DNA from: Marmoricola sp.
GTDB taxonomy: Bacteria; Actinomycetota; Actinomycetes; Propionibacteriales; Nocardioidaceae
Length of the DNA stretch: 64,000 nt
Assembly: GCA_036676945.1 (NCBI GenBank)
Contig: JAKFBZ010000027.1
Coordinates: forward strand, 1,601 to 65,600
Reading direction: 5' to 3'
In this document: positions 9,920 to 19,789 of the stretch, one piece after another
Numbering within the stretch: the stretch's first letter is position 1
Layout: every line of letters starts with the position of its first letter
Made by a program: the position numbers and the translations under genes
The notes under the pieces: model-generated
The model's database searches: none
The model's input: only the letters and a program-made list of their open reading frames with translations
Told to the model about the DNA's origin: nothing

Positions 9920-10795
9920 TTAAGTCGACCGGAGCTCGGCGAACTGACGCAATGCGTCGAGAAGCAGCACCTTGGCGGCGGTGTCGTCGTCCGGGCGATG
10001 CACGGCGCTGAGCTCCTGGTACATCCGCGGCTCGAAGCTGCGGAAGACGACCCCGTGCTGCGGAGCCTTGAGCGCCTCGACGCTGTGCCAGATGCAGGAG
10101 GCGAGGCCGCGGAGCACCGCCTCCATCCAGACACTGCGCTCGTCGCTCTCGATCGCGACGGTCGGCGTGATGCCACAGGCTTCGTAGAAGCGGTCCAGGG
10201 CGGCACGCCGATCGGTGCCCGCGGTCGGCAGCACCAGCGGGACGCCGGCGAGATCACCGACCGTGATCGTCTCCGGCAGGTCCAGCCCGGGCGGCGAAAC
10301 CAGCCGAACCTCGGCGACCCCGATCGGCACCACCGCGAGAGCGGAGTCGATCGCCTGGTCGCAGAGCCCGAGCGACGCACGACCCGCGCCGACGATGTCG
10401 TGCACCTCGCGGGAGCCGGTGCAGCCGAGCAGCCGGGTGTGCAGCGTGATGCCCTGGGCGCGCAGTTCGCTCAGGATCGGGAGGGCCAGCGAGGCCTGCA
10501 GCGTCGGCGTCGCCGCGATCACGAGCTCGGGATCGGCGCTCTGCCCCTCGCCGATGTCCCGCAGCCGGTCCAGGCTGAGCAGCACCCGCCGGGCCCGGGC
10601 GACGAACTGCTCGCCCTCAGGGGTCGGCACCACGCCGCGGCCGGAGCGTGCGAACAGCGTGATCTCCAGCTCGCGCTCGAGGAGTCGCACCGCCCGGCTC
10701 AACGCCGGCTGGGCGACGTACAGGGCCGCGGCGGCCGCGGTCATGCTGCCGGCCTCCACGGTCGCCACCACGTAGCGGAGCTGCTGGATGTTCAT
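9920..10795 (-). CDS. LysR-family transcriptional regulator
   Basis: MNIQQLRY...SMTAAA..LYVAQPALSRAVR.LE.EL HTH. Start reset to ATG 10795. Confidence 0.93.
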   Translation of the reverse strand: MNIQQLRYVVATVEAGSMTAAAAALYVAQPALSRAVRLLERELEITLFARSGRGVVPTPEGEQFVARARRVLLSLDRLRDIGEGQSADPELVIAATPTLQASLALPILSELRAQGITLHTRLLGCTGSREVHDIVGAGRASLGLCDQAIDSALAVVPIGVAEVRLVSPPGLDLPETITVGDLAGVPLVLPTAGTDRRAALDRFYEACGITPTVAIESDERSVWMEAVLRGLASCIWHSVEALKAPQHGVVFRSFEPRMYQELSAVHRPDDDTAAKVLLLDALRQFAELRST

Positions 10796-10892
10796 CGGTC
10801 TCCTGATGCCTGACCCATGCCGAACGGGTCTTGGACCCGGGTCGTGGTCCGCCCTGAATGTAAGGGCACTTGCCCCTTCACCGAGGAGAACC

Positions 10893-11921
10893 ATGCGATC
10901 CATCTCGTTCCCGGGCAGGACCGTCGCCGTCGGCGCCGTCCTGCTCGGAGTACTCACCAGCGCCCTGGTCGGCTCGTCGACGGCCGGCGCCGCGACCCCG
11001 CCCGATCTCACCGGGCTCAAGGTCCTGATCACCAACGACGACAGCGCCCGCGGCCTGGACGCCGGTTTCGGGACCGACGGCAAGGGCCTCTACGAGCTCC
11101 GCAAGGCGTTCTGCGCCGCCGGCGCCGACGTCCTCGTGGTCGCGCCCTGGTCCCAGCAGAGCGGTGCCGGCGCGCGGATGACCACCCCCGGTTTCGCCCC
11201 GGTCCCGCTGACGGTCCAGGCCGTCACGCCGCCGGCCGCGTACGCCGGTGACTGCGCGGGCTCTTCCACCGGAGGCGCCGTCTTCGGCGTGTGCGCCTCG
11301 GCCGGACCGTGCGCCTCGGGCGTCCCCAGCGCCTCGCCCGCGGACGCGGTGAACATCGCCCTGAGCCGGTTCGCCAAGACCTACTGGACCGGCGGCCCCG
11401 ATCTCGTCCTGTCCGGCGTGAACTTCGGGCAGAACGTCGGCTCGACCCTGAACCACTCCGGCACCGTCGGCGCGGCCGTCACCGCCCGCGAGTACGGCGT
11501 CCCGGCGTTCGCGTTCAGCGCCGAAGTGCCGCGCGACCTGGCGCAGATCCCGTTCGTGCCGTTCGCCAAGACGGCCGCCTTCGCCGTCGACCTGGTCGCC
11601 AAGACCATCAAGAACAAGCAGCTCAAGCCCGGCCTGGTGCTCAACGCGAACTACCCGTTCGTCGGCGCCGGAGAGACGCTCGGCAAACCGGTCACCACCG
11701 TGGCCGGTACCTCGAACGACATCGGCCTCACCTTCGGCGGCGACGTCCCGAAGACCGGCGGCACCTACCAGCTCTCCGCCGGCACCCCGGCGGCGGAGAC
11801 GAAGAAGAACGCCGACACCACGGCACTGGCCCGCAACGACATCCCGGTCACCCCGCTCGACGGTGACTGGACGTTGCCGGCAAGCGGGTTCCTGACGCTC
11901 GTGCTGAGCCTCTTCGGCTGA
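10893..11921 (+). CDS. surE: Secreted SurE-family 5'/3'-nucleotidase
   Basis: Sec signal peptide (…STAGA), VLITNDD, AP..QQSG.G, DLVLSGVNFGQNVG, SGTVGAA motifs; GAGGAG RBS. Confidence 0.8.
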   Translation: MRSISFPGRTVAVGAVLLGVLTSALVGSSTAGAATPPDLTGLKVLITNDDSARGLDAGFGTDGKGLYELRKAFCAAGADVLVVAPWSQQSGAGARMTTPGFAPVPLTVQAVTPPAAYAGDCAGSSTGGAVFGVCASAGPCASGVPSASPADAVNIALSRFAKTYWTGGPDLVLSGVNFGQNVGSTLNHSGTVGAAVTAREYGVPAFAFSAEVPRDLAQIPFVPFAKTAAFAVDLVAKTIKNKQLKPGLVLNANYPFVGAGETLGKPVTTVAGTSNDIGLTFGGDVPKTGGTYQLSAGTPAAETKKNADTTALARNDIPVTPLDGDWTLPASGFLTLVLSLFG

Positions 11922-11928
11922 CGCCGAT

Positions 11929-12037
11929 CGGTGGTTGAGGTGCGAGCGCGCCAGCGCGAGCCGCGAAACCTCGCGACGCGTCCGGGGACCTCACCCGGTT
12001 TCGCGGCAGTCGCAGCCCGACTGCACCTCAACCACCG
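11929..12037. repeat. REP-like inverted doublet (REPIN-like) between convergent genes
   Basis: Perfect 15-bp terminal IR CGGTGGTTGAGGTGC / GCACCTCAACCACCG and inner 10-bp IR CCGCGAAACC / GGTTTCGCGG. Confidence 0.8.
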
Positions 12038-12451
12038 TCACGGGATGACCAGGTGCTCCATCCCCTGGTTCACCGCGATCTCCCAACGGAACCCGTCGGG
12101 ATCGGCGAAGTACCCGGTGTAGCCGCCCCAGTCGCGCCGTTCCCCCGGCTCGACCGGATCGGCACCGATCGAGCGGGCCAGCGCGAGGATCTCGTCGACC
12201 TCGGCCTCGGTCCGCACGTTGTGGGCGATGGTGACCGGCGCCAGGCCCTCGCCGCGCCGGATCGGGCCGACCTCGGCCTCGAACCCGGGCTCGGCCCACA
12301 GCGAGAGCATCAGGTGCTCCCCCGCCTTGATCATCAGCACCTCGCCAGGGACGTACACCTCCGGCGTCCAGCCGAGGCCGTCCACGTAGAAGTGGTGTGT
12401 GGCCGCGAGGTCGGTGACCGCCAGCGTGATGAAGCTGATCCTCTGGTCCAT
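12038..12451 (-). CDS. VOC/glyoxalase-family protein
   Basis: RISFITLAV.DL…FY..GLGW, WGGYTGYFADPDG..WE motifs. Confidence 0.88.
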   Translation of the reverse strand: MDQRISFITLAVTDLAATHHFYVDGLGWTPEVYVPGEVLMIKAGEHLMLSLWAEPGFEAEVGPIRRGEGLAPVTIAHNVRTEAEVDEILALARSIGADPVEPGERRDWGGYTGYFADPDGFRWEIAVNQGMEHLVIP

Positions 12452-12454
12452 CCC

Positions 12455-14245
12455 TCAGGCTCCTGCTCCGGTCGGGAAATCGCTGTACACACCCCACGCC
12501 AGCCAGTCGACCCAGGACCGGTTCGGCGCACGCTGGTAGCGGGTGTACATCCGCCCGCCGCCACCGACCACGAACGCCTGCAGCCGGCCGTCGGGGCGCA
12601 TCCGCACCACGATCGGGGTGCGCGCCGCGAAACCGTCGTAGCCGCCCCACGCCGACCAGTTGCCCCAGCCGCCGTTCGGAGCGCGCTGGACCTTGGTGAT
12701 CACCCGGCCGCCGCCCCCGACGGCCATGGCCTGCAGCCGGCCGTCGCGATGCATGCCGATGCTCACCTGGGTGCGGAGGGGGAAGTTCCCGTAGCCGGCC
12801 CACGCGGTCCAGGACCCCCAGCTGCCGCCGGCCCGGCGCTGGGACTTCATGTGCACCCTGCCGCCCGCACCGACGGCGTACACCTGGACCCGCCCGTCCT
12901 TGGTGAGCGCGGCCGAGACGGGCGTGGTCGCCGGGAAGTGCCGGTACCCGGTCAGGACCGCCCAGGCGGCCCAGCTGCCGTTCGCCCGCCGCTGGAGGCG
13001 GGTGTGCATCCGCCCGTCCCGGCCGACGCCGAAGACCTGCAGCCGTCCGTTCTTGTTCCGCACCACCGCCAGCGGAGTCGTCGGGGCGAAGGACCGGTTG
13101 CCGGCCCACGTCGACCAGCGGGACCAGCCGCCGTTGGGAGCACGCTGGACCCGGGTGTGCACCCGGCCGTCCGCGCCGACGCCGAACAGCTGCAGCCGGC
13201 CGTCCGCGTGCGCGGCGAGGGTCACCGGCGTGAGCGCCGGGAAGTGCGCGTAACCGCTCCAGGTCGCCCAGCCGCCCCAGCCGCCGTTCGGGCGCTTCTG
13301 GGTGCGGGTGCGGACCTGCCCGTCGACGGCTACTGCGAACACCTGCAGGCGGCCGTCCTTGTGCTGGGCCACCGTCACCGGGTTGCGAACGGTCAGCCCG
13401 CCAGGCGAACCCCAGGTGAACCAATTGACCCAGGCACCTCCCGGACTGCGCTGGTAACGCGTGTGCACCCGGCGATCGGCGCCGACTGCGAAGGCCTGCA
13501 GACGACCGTCCTTGTGCATCCCGACGGCTGTGCCGAGCGAGGGCACCCCGCCGCCGGGCGACCAGATCGGCACCGTCGACGGCCGCGGGTGGCAGCCGTA
13601 GCCGTCGTTGCGGACGGCCGCGCCGTCGAGGCCCTGCGGGTTGTCGTACCGGACCGTCGCCGACCCGTGGCAGGCCACCAGCGACCCCGGGTCGACCGCG
13701 CTGCCGGAGGCATCGGTCTCCTGGTAGTGCAGGTGCGGGCCGGTGCTGATCCCGGTGTTCCCGGAGTAGCCGATCAGTTGCCCGGCTGCGACCCGGGCAC
13801 CGGTCGAGACCTTGATCCCGGACAGATGCAGGTAGATCGAATGACGGCCGTCGGGGTGGTCGATCCGGATCCGGGTGCCGCTGTCGGCGTACCCGTTCGC
13901 CTTGCACCAGGCGACGCCGGCCCCGGTCTCGCCGGTGCCTCCGCCGTGCTGGGCGGGGTTGCAGGTGCGGTTGTCGACGACCGCGAGCCCGACGGTCCCC
14001 GAACCGCTCGCGTAGATCCCGGTCCCGACCGGCATCGCGAAGTCGAGCGCCGGGTAGGAGTGGTAACCGCCGGCCGACCAGGTGGCGGTGACGCTGCGGG
14101 TGCCGGCGAACGGCACCCATTCGGGCGACTTCGTCGCGTCCGCCACAGCCGGAGCGGCCAACGGTCCGACCGGCAGCAGCACGGCCAGCGTCGAGGCAGC
14201 CGCGAAGGCAGCCACCGCCCGCAGGCGTGCGCGTCGACGTTCCAC
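12455..14245 (-). CDS. Secreted M23 peptidase fused to a 7-repeat PLL-type lectin beta-propeller
   Basis: Signal peptide; M23 core (HSYPALD, YLHL, GNTG.STGPHLH); seven ~51-aa repeats DGRLQ.F.VG.DG…Q…W..W..W at 12458-13535. Start 14245 or 14275. Confidence 0.8.
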   Translation of the reverse strand: MERRRARLRAVAAFAAASTLAVLLPVGPLAAPAVADATKSPEWVPFAGTRSVTATWSAGGYHSYPALDFAMPVGTGIYASGSGTVGLAVVDNRTCNPAQHGGGTGETGAGVAWCKANGYADSGTRIRIDHPDGRHSIYLHLSGIKVSTGARVAAGQLIGYSGNTGISTGPHLHYQETDASGSAVDPGSLVACHGSATVRYDNPQGLDGAAVRNDGYGCHPRPSTVPIWSPGGGVPSLGTAVGMHKDGRLQAFAVGADRRVHTRYQRSPGGAWVNWFTWGSPGGLTVRNPVTVAQHKDGRLQVFAVAVDGQVRTRTQKRPNGGWGGWATWSGYAHFPALTPVTLAAHADGRLQLFGVGADGRVHTRVQRAPNGGWSRWSTWAGNRSFAPTTPLAVVRNKNGRLQVFGVGRDGRMHTRLQRRANGSWAAWAVLTGYRHFPATTPVSAALTKDGRVQVYAVGAGGRVHMKSQRRAGGSWGSWTAWAGYGNFPLRTQVSIGMHRDGRLQAMAVGGGGRVITKVQRAPNGGWGNWSAWGGYDGFAARTPIVVRMRPDGRLQAFVVGGGGRMYTRYQRAPNRSWVDWLAWGVYSDFPTGAGA

Positions 14246-14330
14246 CGTGAGCCCCCGATCACTCTCGCGGCCCACTATGGTCCAGCACGGCCCGCCTCGT
14301 ACGGACCTTCGGCCAAACGGTGCTGTGTCG

Positions 14331-16019
14331 TCAGCCGCAGACCGCGCCGTGGGCCGCGGACTGGACGACCTTCGCGTACTTGCCGAGCACCCCGCGGGTG
14401 TACTTCGGCGGGTTCGGCTCCCAGCCGACCTTGCGGGCCTCCAGGTCGTCCATCGTCACCTCGAGCGTCTTGTTGGCGACGTCGAGGGTGATCGGGTCGC
14501 CGTCACGCACGAAGGCGATCGGACCGCCGTCGACCGCCTCGGGAGCGATGTGCCCGACGCAGAGGCCGGTGGTGCCGCCGGAGAACCGGCCGTCGGTCAC
14601 GAGCAGGACGTCCTTGCCCAGGCCGGCGCCCTTGATCGCGCCGGTGATGGCGAGCATCTCGCGCATCCCCGGTCCGCCCTTGGGGCCTTCGTAGCGGATG
14701 ACGACCACGTCGTTCGCCACGATCCTGCCCTCGGCCAGCGCGTCGAGCGCCGCGCGCTCGCCGTCGAAGACCCGGGCGGTGCCGGTGAAGGTCGTGTCGT
14801 CGAACCCGGCGCTCTTGACGACCGCGCCCTCCGGGGCGAGCGAGCCCTTGAGGATCGTGATGCCGCCGGTGGCGTGGATCGGGCGGCCCAGCGCGCGGAT
14901 GACATCGTCGTCGACGGCCTTCGGGTTCAGCGCCTCGAGGTTCTCGGCCATCGTCCGGCCGGTCACGGTGAGGGTGTCGCCGTGCATCAGCCCGGCGTCG
15001 AGAAGCGCCTTCATCACGACCGGGATGCCGCCGATCTTGTCGACGTCGTTCATCACGTACTTGCCGAACGGCTTCAGGTCGCCGAGGTGCGGGACCTTGT
15101 CGCCGATCGTGTTGAAGTCGTCGATGGTCAGGTCGACCTCGGCCTCGCGGGCGATCGCGAGCAGGTGCAGCACCGCGTTGGTCGAGCCGCCGAGCGCCAT
15201 CACCACGGCGATCGCGTTCTCGAACGCCTCCCGGGTCATGATCTGGCGTGCCGTGATGCCCTGCTTGAGCATCGCGACCACCGCCTCGCCCGAGCGGTGC
15301 GCGAACCCGTCGCGACGACGGTCGACGGCCGGCGGGGCGGCGCTGCCCGGCAGGGACATGCCGAGCGCCTCGGCCACCGAGGCCATCGTGTTCGCGGTGT
15401 ACATGCCGCCGCAGGCGCCCTCGCCGGGGCAGATCGCGCGTTCGATCTTGTCGACCTCCTCGCGGGTGATCTTGCCGGCCAGGCACGCGCCGACCGCCTC
15501 GAAGGCATCGATGATCGTCACGTCGTGGCCGTCCACGCTGCCCGGCATCGTGGAGCCGGCGTACAGGAAGACGGAGGCGAGGTCGAGCCGGGCGGCAGCC
15601 ATCAGCATGCCGGGGAGGGACTTGTCGCAGCCGGCGAGCAGCACGGAGCCGTCCAGCCGCTCGGCCATCATCACGGTCTCGACCGAGTCGGCGATGACCT
15701 CGCGGCTGACCAGCGAGTAGTGCATCCCCTCGTGGCCCATCGAGATGCCGTCGGAGACCGAGATGGTGCCGAACTCGAGCGGGTACCCGCCGGCGGCGTG
15801 CACGCCGTTCTTCACGGCCTTCGCCAGCCGGTCCAGCGACAGGTTGCACGGGGTGATCTCGTTCCAGCTGGACGCGACCCCGATCTGCGGCTTGACCCAG
15901 TCGTCGTCACCCATGCCTACGGCCCGCAGCATCCCTCGCGCGGCCGCCTTCTCGAGGCCGTCGGTGACGTCGCGGGAGCGGGGCTTCATGTCGGGCGCCG
16001 GAGGAGGGGTCTGCGTCAT
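14331..16019 (-). CDS. ilvD: Dihydroxy-acid dehydratase
   Basis: [59 protein letters not shown]. Start reset to MTQT (16019). Confidence 0.97.
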   Translation of the reverse strand: MTQTPPPAPDMKPRSRDVTDGLEKAAARGMLRAVGMGDDDWVKPQIGVASSWNEITPCNLSLDRLAKAVKNGVHAAGGYPLEFGTISVSDGISMGHEGMHYSLVSREVIADSVETVMMAERLDGSVLLAGCDKSLPGMLMAAARLDLASVFLYAGSTMPGSVDGHDVTIIDAFEAVGACLAGKITREEVDKIERAICPGEGACGGMYTANTMASVAEALGMSLPGSAAPPAVDRRRDGFAHRSGEAVVAMLKQGITARQIMTREAFENAIAVVMALGGSTNAVLHLLAIAREAEVDLTIDDFNTIGDKVPHLGDLKPFGKYVMNDVDKIGGIPVVMKALLDAGLMHGDTLTVTGRTMAENLEALNPKAVDDDVIRALGRPIHATGGITILKGSLAPEGAVVKSAGFDDTTFTGTARVFDGERAALDALAEGRIVANDVVVIRYEGPKGGPGMREMLAITGAIKGAGLGKDVLLVTDGRFSGGTTGLCVGHIAPEAVDGGPIAFVRDGDPITLDVANKTLEVTMDDLEARKVGWEPNPPKYTRGVLGKYAKVVQSAAHGAVCG

Positions 16020-16081
16020 GCGGCCCATTCTCCCCGACGACCCGCCGGTCCCGCGCGGGTGTTCCGTTCTGCGGCCCCGGC

Positions 16082-17170
16082 TCAGACCGCGGCTGCTCGG
16101 ACGACCATCACGTCCGGCAGGTTCTCGACGACCTCGGTCCACGACTCGCCCGCGTCCGCGGAGGCCCAGACCGCGCCGTTGCGAGCCCCGAAGTAGAGCC
16201 CCGCCGGCTCATGCGAGTCGGTGCACATCGCGTCGCGCATCACCGCGACGTAGAAGTCGTCGGGCAGACCCTTGTCCATCGCCGTCCAGGTCTCTCCCGC
16301 GTCCCGCGAGCGCCACACCGCCGCGTGGGCGTCCGGCGGGTAGCGGCGATCGCCCCCGTTGATCGGGAAGACGTAGACCGTGTCCGGCTCGTGGGGGTGC
16401 ACCACGACGGAGAAGCCGAACTCGGCCGGCAGCCCGTCGGCGATCGACTGCCAGGAGGCGGCGTGGTCGTCGGAGCGGTAGACCCCGCCGTGGTTCTGCA
16501 GGAACAGCCGTTCGGGACGGTCCGGGTGCCGGGCGACCTTGTGCACGCACTGCCCGAACTCCGGGTACTGCTCGCCCTCGGGCAGGAACTCCGCCTTCAC
16601 CCCCACATTGCGCGGCTCCCAGGACGCCCCTCCGTCGGAGGTCTGGTAGCAGCCGCCGGTCGAGATCGCGACGGTGATCGAGTCGGGGTCGGTCGGGTGC
16701 GGCAGGATCGTGTGGAACGCCTGCCCGCCGAAGCCCGCGCCCCACTCCGTCCGGTGCGGGTGCTCCCACAGGCCGCGCTCGAGTGCGAACGTGTCGCCGC
16801 CGTCGACCGAGCGGAACACCGCTCCCGGCTCGGTGCCGGCGAAGACCACGCCGGGCTCGGTGCCGGGCGCCAGTTGCCAGATGCGCTCCACGGAGGCGTC
16901 GAGGCCCTCGGGGAAATGCGCGCCCGAGGTCGCCTGCCAGGTCTCGCCGAAGTCGTCGGAGACCTGGATCTGCGGCCCGGTCCACGGCGAGGACGCCCCG
17001 GCGAAGAGCCGCGGTCGCTCCCCGCGGGTGTCGATCATGCAGGAGTAGACCTCGGTCATGTCGAAATGCGGCCCGGTCCAGCTCCACTCCGCCCGGCCCT
17101 CGTCGGACCGGCCGACCCACAAGCCTTTGCGGGTGCCCACCATCAGGATCGTCCCAGCTGCAGCGCTCAT
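16082..17170 (-). CDS. BNR/Asp-box beta-propeller protein (sialidase/glycosyl-hydrolase-like)
   Basis: Repeated S.DGG.TW / SDD.GETW Asp-boxes; CVHKV..HP motif. Confidence 0.8.
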   Translation of the reverse strand: MSAAAGTILMVGTRKGLWVGRSDEGRAEWSWTGPHFDMTEVYSCMIDTRGERPRLFAGASSPWTGPQIQVSDDFGETWQATSGAHFPEGLDASVERIWQLAPGTEPGVVFAGTEPGAVFRSVDGGDTFALERGLWEHPHRTEWGAGFGGQAFHTILPHPTDPDSITVAISTGGCYQTSDGGASWEPRNVGVKAEFLPEGEQYPEFGQCVHKVARHPDRPERLFLQNHGGVYRSDDHAASWQSIADGLPAEFGFSVVVHPHEPDTVYVFPINGGDRRYPPDAHAAVWRSRDAGETWTAMDKGLPDDFYVAVMRDAMCTDSHEPAGLYFGARNGAVWASADAGESWTEVVENLPDVMVVRAAAV

Positions 17171-17347
17171 CGATCGAGCATGCCTCCGGGAGCCCGCCGA
17201 TCTCAAGGGACTTAACTGACTTGATTGTCTACTGTTTTACTGTACTTTAAACGAGAGCACTTGTTCACACGGATGTCACAGACACGTGACCCCGGCGTTC
17301 CAACGAGTGCCTAGGTTCGGTGCACCAGCAAAGGGAGGAGAGCCCGG

Positions 17348-17563
17348 ATGAACACCCTGTACGCCGCATCGCCGCTGGGCCTCGCAGCACGTTGGTCGAC
17401 CCGCAGCCAGGAACAGGCCCGTCGCAACGCGATGGCCGCCTGCACCGTCCTGGCCGCCCGCCGCCTGGAACGTCTCGAGGTCGAGGAGTACGTCGCTGGC
17501 CACCTGGCCCGCCACGCCGACGCAGCACAACCGAACAGGACCGCCGACCGCCACGTGAGCTGA
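17348..17563 (+). CDS. Small hypothetical protein (71 aa)
   Basis: Strong GGGAGGAG RBS; helical, charged sequence (SQEQARRNAM…RRLERLEVEEY). Confidence 0.65.
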   Translation: MNTLYAASPLGLAARWSTRSQEQARRNAMAACTVLAARRLERLEVEEYVAGHLARHADAAQPNRTADRHVS

Positions 17564-17640
17564 ACCGACCCGAGCGCGCCGACGGGTGATGTCAGCCACT
17601 TCCGCCCCCTTACGCAGTGGGGCTGGGGCACACTCGATCC

Positions 17641-18609
17641 ATGTCAGCGCCCTTGTCCGAAGCCGGACCGATCCTCCGGCTGGTCCCTGATTCCGCCGAA
17701 TCCCCCGCCGCGACCGCTGCGGGCGACGGCTCGCACGAGTACGCGCTGCGCTTCTACCCGGTCATCGCGCACGACGGCACCGAGCTGCAGGCGTGGACCA
17801 ACGACGTCGACGGCCCGACCGTGCTGCTCTGCAACGGGCTCGGCACCAATCCGTACGCGTGGCCTGCCCTGCTGGACCCGGACTGCGGCGTACGCGTGAT
17901 CTCGTGGAACCACCGGGGCACCGGTGGGTCGGCTCGCCCGACCGACCCGACCCACGTCGGCATCGACGCGTTCGTCGAGGACGCGATCGCGGTCCTGGAC
18001 GACGCCGGCATCGAATCGGCGCCGGTGATGGGCTGGTCGATGGGCGTGAACACCGCGTTCGAACTCGCGACCCTGCACCCGGAGCGGGTGGACGCCCTGT
18101 TCGCCGTCGCCGGCGTGCCCGGTGGCACTTTCTCCTCGATGCTCGCGCCGCTGCACGTTCCCCGGTTCGCCCGGGCCGCGATCACGGTGAACGCCGCCCG
18201 GTTGATGCGGTTCGCCGGCGCTCCGCTGAGCGTCCTGGCCCGCAACCTGCCGGTCGGCCCGAAGGCGGTCGCCGTGCTGAGCCACAGCGGTTTCATGCTC
18301 CCCGTCGCAGATGTGGAGCTGACCGCCCGCACGATCCACGACATGCTGCAGACGCCGATCGACTGGTACATGGGCCTGGCGGTCGAGACCTCCAAGCACG
18401 TCCGGGTCTCGCTCAGCTCGATCGAGGTCCCGACCACCTTCGTCGCCGGCCACTGGGACGTGCTGGCATCCGCCGGAGACATGCGTTCGGCGGCTGCACG
18501 GATCGAGGGCGCCGAGTACGTCGAGTTCCGCGCCTCGCACTTCGTGGCGATGGAGAAGCCGGCTGAGGTCCACGAGCTGCTCCTCGACCTGCTGGACCGG
18601 ATCCCGTAA
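17641..18609 (+). CDS. Alpha/beta-fold hydrolase
   Basis: NGLG oxyanion region, GWSMG nucleophile elbow, C-terminal SHF histidine; leaderless CACACT-N6-ATG. Confidence 0.85.
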   Translation: MSAPLSEAGPILRLVPDSAESPAATAAGDGSHEYALRFYPVIAHDGTELQAWTNDVDGPTVLLCNGLGTNPYAWPALLDPDCGVRVISWNHRGTGGSARPTDPTHVGIDAFVEDAIAVLDDAGIESAPVMGWSMGVNTAFELATLHPERVDALFAVAGVPGGTFSSMLAPLHVPRFARAAITVNAARLMRFAGAPLSVLARNLPVGPKAVAVLSHSGFMLPVADVELTARTIHDMLQTPIDWYMGLAVETSKHVRVSLSSIEVPTTFVAGHWDVLASAGDMRSAAARIEGAEYVEFRASHFVAMEKPAEVHELLLDLLDRIP

Positions 18610-18633
18610 CAACGGATCAGTACCGTGGGGAGC

Positions 18634-19764
18634 ATGCGACGACTCCTCGCCACGAGCCTCGCCCTCGGCGCCGCCGTCCTGGTCGCCGGCTGCAACGGGG
18701 ACGACGACGCGTTCGGTCCCTCGTCCCAGGGCGGTGACCCGACCACAGCAGTCCCCCAGCCGACCGAGCCGGCGACCACCCTGTCACCGAACCCCGCGGG
18801 GCCTCCCGCGGTGATCGGGACGGTGGCGAGCGGTCTCGAGGTCCCCTGGGGCATCGCCTTCCTGCCGGACGGCTCCGCCCTGGTCACCGAGCGGGACAGC
18901 GGACGCGTCCTGCTGGTCCGACCGGGCGACGCTGCCCGCGAGGTGGGCCGCATCGACGAGACCAGGCCGCAGGGCGAGTCCGGGCTGCTCGGCGTCGCGG
19001 TCTCCCCGACGTACGCGACCGACCACCGGGTCTTCTTCTACACCTCGACCGACTCCGACAACCGGGTGCTGCGGGCGACCTTCGAGGACGGCCGGATCGG
19101 ACGGACGAAAGCGATCCTGACCGGCATCCCGCACGGATTCATCCATGACGGCGGACGGCTCGCCTTCGGCCCGGACGGCTACCTCTACGTCTCCACCGGC
19201 GAGACCGGGCAACCCGAGCTCGCCCAGCGAAGCGGCACACCGGCCGGCAAGGTCCTGCGGATCACCGTCGACGGCGCACCCGCGCCCGGCAACCCGGACC
19301 CGGACTCGCCGGTCTGGACACTCGGTCATCGCAACGTGCAGGGTCTCGCGTTCGACGACGCCGGACGGCTGTGGGCCTCGGAGTTCGGTCAGAACGCCTG
19401 GGACGAGCTCAATCTGATCCAGCGAGGGGTCAACTACGGCTGGCCGCAGGTCGAGGGGCGCGGTGACGTCCCGGGGTTCCGCAACCCGCAGGTCGTCTGG
19501 CGCACCGACGTGGCCTCCCCTTCCGGGCTGGCGTTCGCCGAAGGGAAGCTGTGGCTGGCGTCGCTGCGTGGCGAGCGCCTGTGGCGGATCGACGTGAGCG
19601 GGGCGCGGGCGACCAACCCGCGCGACTTCTTCGTCGGCCGCTACGGCCGGATGCGCACCGTCGCGCTGGCGCCCGACGGGAACCTGTGGGTGACCACGTC
19701 GAACCGGGACGGCCGCGGGGATCCCCAGGACGAGGACGACCGGATCCTGCTCGTCCGGCCCTGA
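18634..19764 (+). CDS. PQQ-dependent glucose/sorbosone dehydrogenase-family lipoprotein
   Basis: Lipobox LVAGC; PWG.AFLPDG, HDGGRLAFGPDG, GHRNVQGLAF, DELNLI, NYGWP motifs. Confidence 0.88.
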   Translation: MRRLLATSLALGAAVLVAGCNGDDDAFGPSSQGGDPTTAVPQPTEPATTLSPNPAGPPAVIGTVASGLEVPWGIAFLPDGSALVTERDSGRVLLVRPGDAAREVGRIDETRPQGESGLLGVAVSPTYATDHRVFFYTSTDSDNRVLRATFEDGRIGRTKAILTGIPHGFIHDGGRLAFGPDGYLYVSTGETGQPELAQRSGTPAGKVLRITVDGAPAPGNPDPDSPVWTLGHRNVQGLAFDDAGRLWASEFGQNAWDELNLIQRGVNYGWPQVEGRGDVPGFRNPQVVWRTDVASPSGLAFAEGKLWLASLRGERLWRIDVSGARATNPRDFFVGRYGRMRTVALAPDGNLWVTTSNRDGRGDPQDEDDRILLVRP

Positions 19765-19789
19765 CCCGAGTCAGGACCGGACGAGCCGA

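Noticed and set aside
12458-13535. ~153-bp periodic DNA repeats as a possible CRISPR or tandem array
   Set aside because: Degenerate, codon-phased repeats encoding propeller blades; no identical repeats with unique spacers and no cas genes.
14276-14335. Possible c-di-AMP (ydaO) riboswitch upstream of the M23 gene
   Set aside because: Only ~60-85 nt are available and no ydaO consensus is seen; the CAGCAC/GTGCTG hairpin is better read as an ilvD terminator.
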